Below are positions 52,922-55,247 of a stretch of 55,247 bases of DNA, piece after piece. The stretch is from positions 1-55,247 of the forward strand of contig JASHOP010000098.1 in assembly GCA_030041075.1 (NCBI GenBank). The letters are read 5' to 3'. The DNA comes from Thermoplasmata archaeon. GTDB taxonomy: Archaea; Thermoplasmatota; Thermoplasmata; Lutacidiplasmatales; UBA184. How positions within the stretch are numbered: the first letter of the stretch is position 1; every line of letters starts with the position of its first letter. Made by a program: the position numbers and the translations under genes. The notes beneath the pieces are model-generated. The model had not been told where the DNA came from. It worked only from the letters and a program-made list of their open reading frames with translations, and made no database searches.

Positions 52922-53731
52922 ATGGCCCCGCAGACCCCTTCTCCCGTTGCCTCCGTCCAAGTGATGCAGGCCCTGGTCGCGCGCGAGCTCGTCGAGGGAC
53001 TCGGCCTGCCCGAGCGCAAGGCGGCCCAGCTGCTCGGCATCGTCCCCTCCTCGGTGTCGCAGTACCTGTCGGGGAAGCGCCTCGGCCCAGCGATCTCGTC
53101 CTATTTCGCCGACGAGCGGGTCCGGCGCGTCGCGCGCCGCACCGCCGAGCAACTCCTCGCGGGGCGGCCGGGCTCGACCGCGGTGCTCGAGGCCGCGATC
53201 GAGCTCACCGACCGGGGGGCTCCCGGGGGCGCGGGGCGAGAAGGGCCCGTGGATGCATTGCGTCCGGAGCTTCGGCGGAGGGTCCCTGGCTGGTTGCGCC
53301 AGCGGATCGTCGGGGAACAGAACGCGGTCGCGGAGTGCATGCGGCTCGCGCAGCGCTCGCGCGACGAACTGACCCGGGCGCTGTTCCGCCAGATCGCCTC
53401 GGATAGCCTGCGGCACGCCGAGATCGTGGCCGCCCTCGCCCCCTACCTCGACCGAGGCGTTGTCTCGAGCCCACCGACGGGGATCTCGCGCGCCGAGGTC
53501 GAGGCCCTGATCCGTCGCGAGCACGAGGCGGAGGCGACCGGCGAGATCGACCTCGGCCCGGAGCTCCAGGGGATGATGCGCATCCTCTGGGAGAGCATGG
53601 AGTCCGACGAGCACAAGCACGAGCGCCTTCTCCAGCTCCTGCTGCAGGCGGGGCTCGCGGAAGACGGGGACGCCCCGCCGGCGCCCAGGTCCTCGACGGA
53701 CCGTCGTCGGGGCGAACACCGCTCGTCGTAG
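52922..53731 (+). CDS. HTH (XRE/COG2522-like) domain fused to a ferritin-like/rubrerythrin-like four-helix domain
   Basis: The HTH is LPERKAAQLLGIVPSSVSQYLSGKR. The C-terminal half has two E..H-type segments (IASDSLRHAEIVAAL and LWESMESDEHKHERLL). Confidence 0.5.
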   Translation: MAPQTPSPVASVQVMQALVARELVEGLGLPERKAAQLLGIVPSSVSQYLSGKRLGPAISSYFADERVRRVARRTAEQLLAGRPGSTAVLEAAIELTDRGAPGGAGREGPVDALRPELRRRVPGWLRQRIVGEQNAVAECMRLAQRSRDELTRALFRQIASDSLRHAEIVAALAPYLDRGVVSSPPTGISRAEVEALIRREHEAEATGEIDLGPELQGMMRILWESMESDEHKHERLLQLLLQAGLAEDGDAPPAPRSSTDRRRGEHRSS

Positions 53732-54017
53732 TCCAGCGGACCCGGCGTCGTTCGCATCGAACGAGGGTCGTCGGCGCCGAGACCAGCGCGCTTCGCATCT
53801 CCGGGGGACCGAAAGGGTTCCTCCTCCCGAGCCCGGACGGGATCCCGTAGTCCCCGGGCGCCCGGAGGAAGGCGAGGGAGCCATGTCACCGCCGCCGGCG
53901 AGTGGGCCGGAACCGGCGCCGTGGACGCGACCGCTGTTGCCGACCTCGCGGCGCCCGACGAGCAGCGCCGCGTTCGGGCAGGGCGGACCGCGTCGTGCCC
54001 GATCCGCCCGCCGGAGC

Positions 54018-55247
<1,230 letters not shown>

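Overview
This is a 55.2 kb window of very GC-rich DNA, roughly 70% by eye. It is most consistent with a high-GC, non-halophilic archaeon; a Thermoplasmatota-like origin is my guess and is inference only. Four things support an archaeal origin. There is a LysW-carrier arginine/lysine biosynthesis operon, and a geranylgeranyl reductase sits next to a ferredoxin. There is also a Pcc1-like small gene. Isolated A/T-rich TATA-like hexamers lie 25-35 nt upstream of many start codons. I recognised no rRNA, tRNA, CRISPR array, transposase or integrase.

Because stop codons are depleted, the six-frame track is full of long Arg/Pro/Gly-rich shadow ORFs. I separated real genes from these using recognisable family motifs, normal amino-acid composition and very high third-position GC.

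Positions 1-34.5 kb are a tightly packed core, about 4% unassigned by my calls, with many ATGA/GTGA start-stop overlaps. This core contains:
- IleRS and a fused EtfB-EtfA
- Pcc1-like, DUF1028, an unknown ORF, GGR, ferredoxin and TrxR
- flavin reductase, an ABC-2 exporter, a GDE-type glycosidase and a coupled unknown protein
- an MTHFR-like protein and an AmpS-like aminopeptidase
- an ACT regulator next to argG-argH-lysWXYZJK
- pirin, ThrC, a DEAD-box helicase, FTHFS and a GNAT

Positions 34.5-55.2 kb have a different architecture, about 24% unassigned in gaps of 200-870 bp. The genes are mostly stand-alone accessory genes:
- a SAM methyltransferase (MTase)
- a wHTH-fused SPPY DNA MTase with no partner nuclease
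- a class III nucleotide cyclase fused to TolB-like and TPR modules
- an SRPBCC-MTase
- GNAT, cupin, GT4 and VOC genes, and an MDR oxidoreductase
- an ATP-grasp / RutA-like LLM / LUD operon
- nikR divergent from a NiCoT transporter
- an HTH-ferritin-like fusion
- katG, truncated by the window edge

The best candidates for undescribed biology are:
- the methyltransferase/cyclase island (34.9-41.3 kb) and its long ORF-poor spacers
- the ATP-grasp-LLM-LUD operon
- the unknown protein coupled to the GDE-type hydrolase
- the HTH-ferritin-like fusion

All functional calls come from motif recognition by eye. No database search was run.
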